NCBI RefSeq assembly: GCF_009834535.1
Contig: NC_045696.1
Span: 44,146,001-44,210,000, forward strand
From: Camelus ferus
Lineage: Eukaryota
Direction of reading: 5' to 3'
Length of the DNA: 64,000 nucleotides
In this document: piece by piece, positions 41,030-52,280 of the stretch
How positions within the stretch are numbered: the first letter of the stretch is position 1
Layout of the letters: each line of letters begins with the position of its first letter
Notes under the pieces: model-generated
Told to the model about the DNA's origin: nothing
The model's database searches: none
What the model saw: the letters and a program-made list of their open reading frames with translations, nothing else
Position numbers and translations under genes: made by a program

Positions 41030-42460
41030 GAAAATAACTGTGATGACAGTGGAGGAAAAATGGAAAATATCTGAGAATAGATAGGAATTTTCAATGGCAA
41101 GAACAAATCTATTAAAAAGACTCAAATTATAGCATGCTATAAATTAAAAATGCAATATAAGAAATTAAGAATTTATTTTATGGATTAGCTGACTAGACAT
41201 GGATGACAAACTAATGTGTGAACTGAGGATGGCCCAACAGAAATGATCCAAACTGAAAAATATAAAACAAAAAAGTGTGAAAAAAACGAAATAGAGTATT
41301 CAAGATCTGTGGGACAATATCAAACGATAGAACATATGTGTAATTTTAGTCATAAAAGGAGAGAGGAAAGAGAATAAAACAGGAAAAACTTGAAGAGATA
41401 ATTTTCTAAAATTGGTGGAAGACATCAACCCACACTTCTAAGAACTTTAGTGAACCCTATGCAGAATAAAATTGCATTTAAGAATAGAAAGAAAATCACA
41501 TCTATGCATACCATTGTTAACGTGCTGAAAATCAAGCATAAAGAAACAATCTAAAAGCTGATGATGGGACTGAGGTGAATTAATAACATATGAGTCTGTA
41601 GCACTAAGAATAATGGCTGACTTTTCATAAACAATAAAGGTTAGAAAACATATGGAATACTTTTAAATATATTCATATTTTAAGTTATTTATTGGATATT
41701 ATTTTACTTAAGCTGTTTTAAAGTTTATTGACTATTTAAAATAAAATTAATAAAAATAATAATAGCATACTGTGGGTTTATTGAACATGTAGAAGCATAA
41801 TACATGACAGTAATCAGAGATAGATAGATATATTTTTAACATTCTGTCATTCTTTGTTAGATTTGGACAATTTTTGAAGCAGATTGTCATAAATTAAAAT
41901 GTATTCTGTAATCTCTAGAGAAACTATCAGAAGGAGGCACAAATAAAAAGATAATAGAAGTGATAAAATAATTCTTCAATTGCAAATTTTTAAAAGGAGC
42001 AGAAAAGGATAAACAAAGGAGTAAAGGATAGATTGGACAATGAAAAACAATCCAGTATATCAATAGTTACATTAAATGTAAATAGTCAAAAAAAAAAAAT
42101 AATAAGGAAGATGATCTACTCCTGCTGGGATCCAACCTCAAGTTTACTTTGTAAAGGGTATTTCTTAAAGATCCAGCTATTTGTATGGAAATACCATCTG
42201 GTTGGCCAAGCCATTTTTTTAAATGTATTTTCAAATGGTCACCAATATAATTACCTTGATTAAATGTGTCATCTTTCGGGAAAAAAAAAGTAAATGCTCT
42301 AAACCACTAGTTAATGGACAGCTGATAAAAAACAAAATATAACTATATGGTGTTTCTAAGAGCATAATAACTATATGTCTTTAAACATAAGACAGGTAAA
42401 TAGTAAAAGGCAATGCAAATATTATAAAAACACCAAACTTGAATATGCTTGTGTGGCTAT

Positions 42461-42461
42461 T

Positions 42462-42520
<59 letters not shown>
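42461..42520. repeat. (TTTA)15 microsatellite
   Basis: Perfect tetranucleotide array. Confidence 0.95.
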
Positions 42521-42820
42521 TTGTGTGTGGATATTTTAATATACAACAAAATAGACTTAGAGATAAAGAAAAAGAAGCACATTGGTTTATATGTTCTCAG
42601 CCCCACATTACTCATCTTCTAAGTGCTTAGTTACCAACTTTAAATTTTCTTAAAAAAATAAATATATAAAACTTCCTTACTCCCAGTTGGGTATTTTAAA
42701 ATCCCAAACTTTAAGTAAATGACTTATATCTTTACATATTACAAGCCATAAGTCACCAGTTAATAATCAATCAAAATTAAGAATATATTGTATAGGTCAT
42801 TACACTATTCAGATAGAATA

Positions 42821-43010
42821 CTTTTTTAATAGAATATAGTCAGTTTACAATGTTGTGTCAGTTTCTGGTGTACAGCATAATGTTCCAGTCATACGTATAC
42901 ATACATATATTCTTTTTCATATTCTTTTTTATTATAGGTTACTATAAGATATTGAATATAGTTCCCTGTGCTATACATAAGAAACTTGTTGTTTATCTAT
43001 TTTATATGTA
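42821..43010 (-). mobile_element. 5'-truncated L1 3' end
   Basis: tatagtcagtttacaatgttgtgtcagtttctggtgtacagcataatg...attgaatatagttccctgtgctatac. Confidence 0.88.
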
Positions 43011-44289
43011 GAATTACTTGTCTTTCTTTTAAAGGGATCCATTCAATTCTCTTGATATTAATCTTCTGTTTTTCAACATGTAGACAGTGGATTCTTCTAG
43101 CACCAATATTCTACGGCCTTAAGATTTATGACAAATACAGTGGCCACCCAAAAATGAAATATAAAACAAGTAACAAATTTTCTTACAATTTAAATTCATA
43201 GGAGAGGCACACATATAATACAAATTCTCTGAACTATTATAACACAAAAAATAAAAATGTTTTTAGTATTGATTAATTATATTCCATATAGGATACCTAG
43301 ATTTCTTTTCTTGATGAAGACTTATAGAATTTTGTGACGCATATAGAAGTGGTGGTGGTGTGGGGGTATGTGCATGTTTCTAAGTGATTTTAAGCAGTTT
43401 CAGCTGGAGAGAGTTTCTAGAACTCTCTACTGTTCTTTACAAACACTAATTCTTGCTCCTATATTAAGGTATCCTGCTGCTTTATTTTCCATTTCCATTT
43501 GTATAAGACATAATGATTATGTGATTGCAGAATATATTATATATAGGCATGTTAGTAAATATCTAACAATATGGTAGTAAAGTGGAAATCACAGCAGGAT
43601 CACATTGAAAACAAGTTGAAATGTAGGGGAAATTTATCTCTTCTTCAAGTTTAGAATATTCTCCAATATTCCACAAATCTCAGACTTCCACTGTGGTTTC
43701 AGAAAAATATCTAGTCATATATTCACTGGCAAACTAAGACATATAAATTTAGCAGATCTTCCCCGACAGGCAAAGGCTTGGTGAGGTCTGTCAGGATACT
43801 TGATGTACACCTGTTTACTCCAATCTTCTGTCACTTCCACTGCAGGGACCTACTATTACAGACTGAAGGAACAGTCAGCGTAGCATCCTGCAGTTTTTTC
43901 CTCACCTGGAGGCATGACTTCGTCAGGCCCAGGACAACTGATACCTTTTAAAGGAGCACTTTTCTGTAAATTCAGAGGTAAAATAGAATTGCCATTGTCC
44001 ACATTATAAATGAACTTGAGTTAATCTTAGAAAGTTCTGAAGCAACCATTCCTCTTATTTACACAGGAATTCCTAACTAATTGGTTTTTATTTATAATTC
44101 TTCAATATAACATTGAACTTTCTTGATGAATGAATCACCTTTGTTATTTATACAATTATTGGCTGGTTATATATGCCCTATTGCTACAAGTGGCCAAGTT
44201 ACATTAATTTTTAATTTCTCATTGAGCCACTAAACTTTAGCACTGATGCTCCTTTGATCATATTTTTTTTTTAATTTACAAAGGTTAAT

Positions 44290-44762
44290 TGTGGTGAAAA
44301 TGACTAATGTCCCCACAGGAATTCTTGTTCTCGTCTCCTTCCAGGCACTTGCTCTTTGAGTTATATCCTGCCACTAATTTTGAGCAATGATATGTAAGCA
44401 GAGGTCATATGTGCTACTTCTAGGAGGAAAAGTTACAGAACCAGTACACAATTCTCCATGGTTCTCCCAGGTCACAGGGAACAGAGTGGTGTGTTTATGT
44501 GGAGTAATATCTAAGCATCCTGGAAGCCTGAGCCAATCAACTGGAGGAGGGCAATCTGGGGGTGGGACAGGGAATGGAGGAACACATGTATGTGTTTTAT
44601 TTATTCAACACAAGTTTATTGAGATGCTACTGTGTGCCATCATTTTAGGTACAATAGTGAATAAGGCCTTATCCTTGGGAAATAAACATTTCCTGTTTTA
44701 AGCCACTGAAATTTTAAGATTATTTGTTATCTTAGTGTAAACTAAACTAATATAACTAACAC
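44290..44762 (+). mobile_element. Old MLT1 (I/J-like) LTR containing an antisense L2 3' fragment (~44590-44675)
   Basis: tgtggtg start, gcagaggtcatatgtgctacttctagg, aaataaacatttcctgttttaagccactgaaatttt end; internal attcaacacaagtttattgagatgctactgtgtgcca. Confidence 0.6.
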
Positions 44763-47700
44763 CATACTGAAAGTTTAACCAGTGAATTTTGAGTTACTGT
44801 GATTCAATAGCGACTCTAGTTTTTCAGGTTTAGATGGACCAAATAGGTGATCAGTTTAGGAAAAAATGTAATGTTACACTTTTAATACAAAAACAATGCA
44901 AGAACAGTATAGAAAAAATAGAAATAAAGAGTAACACAAAGAAAAGAATCACCTATAATCTTATTATCAGAAATAACCACTCAAGTTGTTCTTGTATATC
45001 CTTCAAATACAAGTATATCTGAAAATTTATTTTGAAATGACCATAAACTCATTGAATTTCTCTTTCCTGGAAGTTGCTCCATCAGCTGAAATTTTACAAA
45101 ATTTATTAAAAAAAAAATTTATATCTGCCACTGGGTAGGACATACCTTTCCCAAAACTTGACGTCAAGTATTTCCTAGGTACCAAGTAACCCTACATAGA
45201 TTTTGACGTGTTATATTAGTAAACCAACATCCATCGTTCTGTCTTGAAACAAATCTCTCTGAATTGAAACATAACTGTCCCCACAACATAAACTCTATTA
45301 GAATTTCTGTTCACCTATTTATTTTGTCAGCATTACACTTCTCTTACTTTTTCACTAATTAAAAACATCACCTCTATTTTATTTGTACTCCTATAAAATC
45401 AGGATGGTCTTTGAACAATATATTTAATCAAAATAATCAAAATTTAAAGGGGAAAGGAAAGTGTTTCTCTAAGCTTATCAATCTAATTTACCAATAAATT
45501 GAATTATGTCAAGCAAACATTGAAAAGTCTGATAAAGCTCAGGCCATGTTTCTCTGCCCATCAAAATGTGCACAGCACTGTTCTCATTAGCAAAAACTCA
45601 ATTTTAAAACTGCTTCCAATCTTAAGAATTCTGTTATCAAGCCTCCTATAAAACATTAGCAAACTTCTACAAATATCCATACATGGCATTAAGCACTCTT
45701 TTGTTCTCCAAAGAATAAATCATTTAAGGTCACTGTGACCCGCACTGAAGATAAAATAGAGATTTCTTTTTTTAAAAGAAAATACTTTGTTTTAAAGGTT
45801 GAATAAAAAGATAGTTGAAAAAAATCCACTTAGCTAAAATTAAATTTCCACTTAAAAGGATCACGCAGAATATGCTTTGTTTTAGCATCTTCACAATGTT
45901 AGTTGATGAGAAAAAGTTACCTTTCCATTTCCTTTAAACTCTGGTTCAACATTTTCTACTTCTGCAATTGGCAGACAATCATCAGTTGTTTTTTTTATAG
46001 TTGTTTGAAAATAGGGTTCTTTATATTAACTATAATTTTAATAATGTTGTTGCTTATGAAAATGTCTCAACATTCTCTGTTACATCTTCAGGAGAGACTG
46101 TCTTTCTCACAATTTTTCCATTTGGATTATTGGACCTTCTTTCCCTGTCTTGCACTCTTTAAATTTCTCTTCTAATCCGCACAGAGATAGACTGCTTATC
46201 CCTGTCTCACGAGTTGGGTTGCTGCCTAGAAACAAATTCTGTGATTCCATGCTCAGGCGCTCTGCTCCTGAGGAGAAGGCCATTAGTCCCTCACACTTTA
46301 CTGAATGTTATCCATGTGTTTTCCTCTGAGAACGCTGAGCAGTTTGGGTTTCTATTTTTTCTAGCAGACTTACCTGCTTTCATTTTCTTGATGCTGACTT
46401 TGGTACCCTGCTTTTCTCTGCATCTTTTCTAAGTCTTCTGCTCAACTCAGCTCCATACGCTTTTCTCTGCCTCTGGACTGGTTCTTCACATCCTGGATTC
46501 CAAACTTGTCTCTCAATCACTTGTTAAGCCAAGTAAATATGCTGTTTTGAAGCCATTTGGAAAAAAAAAAAAAAACACTGTCCTGCTTGGAATTTATTAA
46601 TAGTTGTTTAAAAAAAAAAGGTACAACAAGTTCAGAATGTTTGTCAACCTCAGGTCCAATAAGGTAAAAATCTGCTTTGGAAAGAATGGTTTCTAGAACT
46701 CAGTTTGTATACTATATACGGTAATATACATGCTTGAATCAGTCCTTGATTTTAGCTCTGTGCATCAGTAATCTCTCTGGTCACCATGTCATTACAGTAA
46801 ACTTTATTTTGGGATCCTGCTTATCAAACCATCCTTTTCTGATGTTCGCTCATGTTGTGCCTCCCCCTCCCTTCTCATACTTTCTATCATCTTTCTGCTT
46901 TAGCTTCTACTGTCCTGCTGAGTAATCAAACAAATCTCTAGACACTGTGGTCTTGCTGCTCATCTCAGTAAAGGAAGAAAACAAATAACAGCTGCTGAAA
47001 TTGTGAACCTTCCTTCCTGGCTGTCAAATTTAGTGAAAACAGATGCTTCAAGGAACCATTTGTAATTCAAGCAGGCACAGAGGAGAAAATGAAAGCTCTT
47101 ATTTGCTAAAACTAGAGAAGTTTTGCTAGGTCAACTTAGCTTCCGTCTTACAGTATGAAAGAAATAGCACATCCTTAAGTTCTTGCAACTGCCTGGCACT
47201 ACGTTTCTACAGTAAGGTCATCACTTATACTGACAATACATAAAAAGATGCCCAGGAAAGGTATTTGACCTGGAAGAAAAATGATTAAAACTGATTCTAA
47301 TGAAATGAATTAAATGTTTTAAAATGTTAAGCATTCCTCCAGTGAGGTAAAGTACTTCTATTTCTATAAGCCTGGGCAAGAGCCTGCATACCTGAGCCAC
47401 GCGAAAGAATACTGAACCAACTATTGAAAGATGTCAGAACTGGTTAAGGAAACTTCCTCAAGTCATTTACATCTCTGACCCGTATTTTTCCTCAACGGTG
47501 ATGACACATAAAGAACCTTACATCACTAAGGTTCTGTAATTCAGTGAATTGAATGCCTCTGTTAATATTTTACTGGCAAATTTTGCCAAAATAGCACAGT
47601 CATTCTAATCAGATCAAAACTTGACAATATGTATTCATAGAAAATGTTTTTCAATTTATCAGAAGATTGCCTGTGCCCGGTTTTTAGTAACGACTGTAGC

Positions 47701-49039
47701 ATAAAGCTGACTACGTCTGTGGTTATTCTTATGGCTAACTTAGTCTGTCAACCTCTTAGTACAAGTTAGAAAATCCGCAAACAAAAACTAAGGACATCTA
47801 CTCCCTAATTGGTCCTTTAAGAAGAGGAACCAGAATTCTAAGTGTATTTGTACCTATTAGAGAATTATAAAGAAGCTATATGAGGTTAGCATTTGGGGAA
47901 GTGGGGGAACAGAGGGGGGATGGCTGTGAGTCTGTTGGGCCTTCAGGACGGAGAAAAGTACTGAGAAATGAAGCAATCTGAGGCTGAGTGAACCCTGAGA
48001 GAACACCAGATCTGGACCAGGGAAGGGGTGTGGAGGGACTTCAAATGATAGAAAGTGAAAGAAGGGAACAGGGCTAACCCTGAACTATAGGTAAACAGTA
48101 TTAATAAGTTTTCCTTGATTCATACACATTTGTTGGACACTGGAGAAGTTAGTCACCTCTAGACTAGCCATCATCCTGAATCCCCGTTTCAGGCCCCGAG
48201 AGTTAGTGAGACTGATATGGAGAATCATCATCAAGGACATTTACTGAATTAAACTGAAGCTTAAGTGTCAGTTAAAACCTCATGCTTCCACAGAGATGTG
48301 CTCTGACATTTTTTCATGGGATCCAGTCTTTTGAAATTTTGGACTTTAGGGTCAATATTCTAGAAGTTCTAGCTCCTTAGTGGTTTGATGCAATCAGATG
48401 GGGTCTTGGATCTTTATCATTTCAACAAAAAAATCTTCCTCCGTCCCACTTCCCATGAAACCCTAACATAACTTGATAAGAATCTGGGTGGGCAACAGGA
48501 TAAATACATTTACATGGACTTCTATTGCCTTAGGAAGAAACTCAATTTGCATCAGTTTTTCCTTTGTATGCTTTTCCTAGTATTACCTACTGTCACCATT
48601 TACATTAAACCAATTACAGAATGTCAAAGAGGCTGCTTTCCTTACATTTGAAAAATAGTTTACTTAGCACAAGGCAAGTATTTTGCTTATACCTCCAAGC
48701 TTCCTCCCTAGATCATCAAGAGATTCTATTGAAGATGGAGTCAAAAAACAAACAAACAAATAAACAGAAATGAAGTAGCATTCTTATCATAATAAACAGA
48801 TTTTATTTTTCCTAAAGTATCACATTTACATATTTCCCTCAAAAACCTGCGGTAGTAATAGATAACTATTTGAAAACTGCATTCGGGGACACGAAATGAC
48901 AGCAAGATATCATCCCTTTATCATAATAGCTTTGAAAGGAAATAAACAAATATTTCTCACTGTAGCCTCTCCCTTACCTTACTTAAAATTTATCTAAAAC
49001 TCTAAAGATAGGAAGGCAGGCCAAACTTTTAAAAGTGCA

Positions 49040-51590
49040 ACCCTACTGCAATCAGACTCTTGCCTACAAAACTCCATTGAAGCTGCTTTGTTGAGATCAC
49101 TTATGACTCCAGTTTTCTAAATCTACTGGTCAATTCTCAGTTCTCATGTTACATACCCCAACTGCAGTGGCAGAATTGATCACTTTCTACTCCTGGAAAC
49201 TCATTTTTCATTTGAATTCCAGGAAACCACAACTGCTTGGTTTCCCTCTTACGTTAACCTCACTGATAAGCCTTCCTGTCTCGTTTGCTGGTTTTTACTT
49301 TCCTTTCAACCTCTTAACACTAACATGCCCCATGGCTCAGTCCTCAGATCTCTTCTCTATTTATACTCACTCCTTTGATGATATTATCTAAAACTTATAA
49401 TGCCCTAATTCATATCTGTATCCCAGATCACTACCCAAAACCCCAGGCTTGTTTATTCCACTGCTAACTCAATATCATCATTGGGTATTTAATTTACATC
49501 TCAAATTGAATCTCAGATTTAGTATCTCCAAAACTAAACCCTTATCAACTCTAGTCTTCCTGCTCCTTAGGCAAAACAAAACAAAACAAAACATAAAACA
49601 CCTAAGAGTCATCACTGATTCAACTTATTCTCACATATGACATCAAATCTGTCAAGAAATCTTGTGGGTTTCATATTCAGAATATATTCTGATCCCTTGT
49701 CAGTACTTCACTGCTGTAACTTTGGACCAAACCACATTATCTCTTCCCTGGATTATTGCAATAGTCTTTTAAATTGTTTCTCTGTTTCTGTCCTTTCCTC
49801 CATCTGGAATCTATTTTTAACCCAGCAATGAAACTAATCTTTTTAAAACATTTATTATATCATGCTCTCCTCTGCTCATAATCCTACAATGTTTTATCTC
49901 ACTGAAAATAAATGGCAAAGTCCTTACAATGGCCTATAAGATTCTACACTATTTACTCTCTTAGTATTTTTCTGACCTTATCTCATTCTACCTAATTTCT
50001 TTTTTTAAATTGAAATATAGTTGACATATAACATTATGTTAGTTTCAGGTGTACTACATAATGATTTGACATTTGCATACATTATGAAATGATCACCTCA
50101 ATAAGTCTAGCAACCATCTGTTCTCATACAAAGTCATTACAAGATTATTGACCATATTCCTTATGCTGTATATTACATCCTCATAGTTTATTTATTTTAT
50201 AACTACAGGTTTGTACCTTTTAATGCTCTACATTTATTTTGCCCACTCTGACGCTGTCCTCCTTCTGGCAACCACCCATTTGTTCCCTGTATCTATGAGT
50301 TTGTTTTTGTTTTGTTGTATATGTTGTTTTGTTTTTTAGATTCCAGACATAAGAGAAGTCATGCTGTATTTGTCTTCTCTGTCTGATTTATTTCACTTAA
50401 CATAATACCCTCTAGATCCATCCATGTTGTCAAAAATGGCAAGATTTTTTATGGCTGAGTAATAGTCCATTGAATATGTATACCATATCTTTATTAGCTG
50501 TTTGTCTGTCAATGGACACTTACATTGCTTCCATAACTTTGCTATTGTAAATAATATTACAATGAACATTAAAGCACATGTATTTTTTCAAATAAGTGTT
50601 TTTGTTCTCTTCAGGTAAAAACCAGAAGTAAAATTCCAGGATCATATGGCAGTCCTACTTTTAATTTTTTGAAAAAACTCCATACTGTTTTCCATAGTAG
50701 CTGCATCAATTTATAATCTCACCAGCAGTGCACAAGTGTTTCCTATTCTCCACATTCTAGACAACACTGTTACTTGTTGTCTTTTGATGATAGCCATTCT
50801 GATAGATGTGAGGTGGTATCTCATTGTGGTTTTGATTTGCCATTTCCTTGATGATTAGTAATGCTGAGCATCTTTTCATGGGCCTGTTGGTCATCCGTAT
50901 GTCTTCTTTGGAAAATGTGTATGCACAGCCTCTGCTCATTTTTTAATAGGTTTCTTTTTTTAATGTTAATTCTATGAGCTTTGTGTGTATTTTGAATATA
51001 AACCCTTTATTGGATATATCATTTGCAAATATTTTCTCCCACTCAGTAGACTGGTTTTTGTTTTGTTGATGGTTTCTTTTGCTGTGAAAAAGATTTTTAG
51101 TTCAATGTAGTTCATTTATTTTATTTTTGCTTCTGTTTCCTTTGTTTAAAGAGCCATACCCCCAAAAATGTTGCTAAGACCAATGTTAAAAAGTGTACTG
51201 TCTGTGTTTTCTTCTAGTAGTTTTTATGGTTTTTGATTTTAGAGCCCAGTCCTGGGGTCCTCTACCTATTTTCTTAATCTCTCTTTCTGGAATCCTTTTC
51301 TATATATCTGCATGACTAACTCCTACAAGTACTTAAATAATTGTTTACCCCCTTAGTGAGGTGGTCCTTGACTAAACTATTTATAGCTTAAGCTCCTTTG
51401 ATACATCCTTGGTTTATTCTTCTCCAAAGACCAAATCAAATCACTTTCCAACATGCATAAAAGCTTCATATATTGATTATGTTTATTGACTGACACCCCT
51501 TAATGAGGTCAAGATTATTATCTCTTTTAAGGCTACAATACACAACATAAAATAGATATTTAAAATATTTACAGAGTAAATGAACACATA
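49040..51590 (+). mobile_element. L2 LINE split by an L1 insertion
   Basis: ttctctatttatactcactcc, ccctggattattgcaatagtct, aaagtccttacaatggcctataag; resumes after 51275 to the 3' end aaatatttacagagtaaatgaa. Confidence 0.8.
50002..51260 (-). mobile_element. ~1.25-kb L1 3' portion (ORF2 C-terminus plus 3' UTR, L1MA9-like)
   Basis: ORF 50757-50939 gives FSKEDIRMTNRPMKRCSALLIIKEM, the L1 ORF2 [25 protein letters not shown] motif; TSD tctacctaatttctt 49987-50001 / tctacctattttctt 51261-51275. Confidence 0.92.
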
Positions 51591-52134
51591 AAATAAGTGA
51601 AGAGTATGCAGATGGACTAATCAAATACCCGATATAACAACATTGACTTGAGAAGGAGACAGAGAGTAATTCTAATGGGAGTGGCCCATGAAAATCCTAA
51701 TTTGCCTCATCAAATTCAAATAGTAGTAGGAATTAATAGAATTATTTTTCACTAACTATTACCTTGTTTCCTTGGGTGCCGTCTGCTTTCCATCATTCAC
51801 GCATTCATTTAATCGTTTATTCTCTTCCTTGGTAAAAATTTTGCCTAACATGTATTTCCCCTGCATTCCGGTCTATTCGGACTCCTGCTCTATTATTTCT
51901 CTTAGCGCAGTTGCCTCACTTAAACTTTCTTTGTCCAGTCTGCCTCAGTCTCTGCTTGGTATTTACTCCCTGACTACTTTATTTACTTTTGGTCATTTTC
52001 AAGCCAAAGGACTTCCTTAACTTTCTATGGTTCCATTTAGTATGTCTATACACTGAAACCTCTATAATCTATTGATCAAGCTGTGGAACTGAGGAAAAAA
52101 ATAAAATAAACCCTGATTATTAAAATAACATCTA

Positions 52135-52280
52135 CACTATGGGTTGAATAATAGTATCACCATTTTCCAGATGAAAAAACTGAGATCCGGTTTTTAATTG
52201 ACTTTCCTAACCTCAATTAGCCTGTATATGGTGTGTGTGCTTTCAAAATCATTGCTCATTGTATAATGTTACATTGCCTC
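52135..52280 (-). mobile_element. MIR fragment
   Basis: tatcaccattttccagatgaaaaaactgagat core. Confidence 0.6.

Larger units (their letters stand above)
39490..42590 (+). mobile_element. Old L1M 5' portion (5' UTR, decayed ORF1, start of ORF2) with nested insertions
   Basis: ORF1-like gatctgtgggacaatatcaaacg, aagacatcaacccaca; ORF2-start atatcaatagttacattaaatgtaaat and aaaatagactt; 5' boundary uncertain. Confidence 0.65.

Noticed and set aside
42439..42630. ORF with YLFI repeats
   Set aside because: Translation of (TTTA)n
50757..50939. ORF with real protein similarity
   Set aside because: Frameshifted remnant of L1 ORF2, not a host gene
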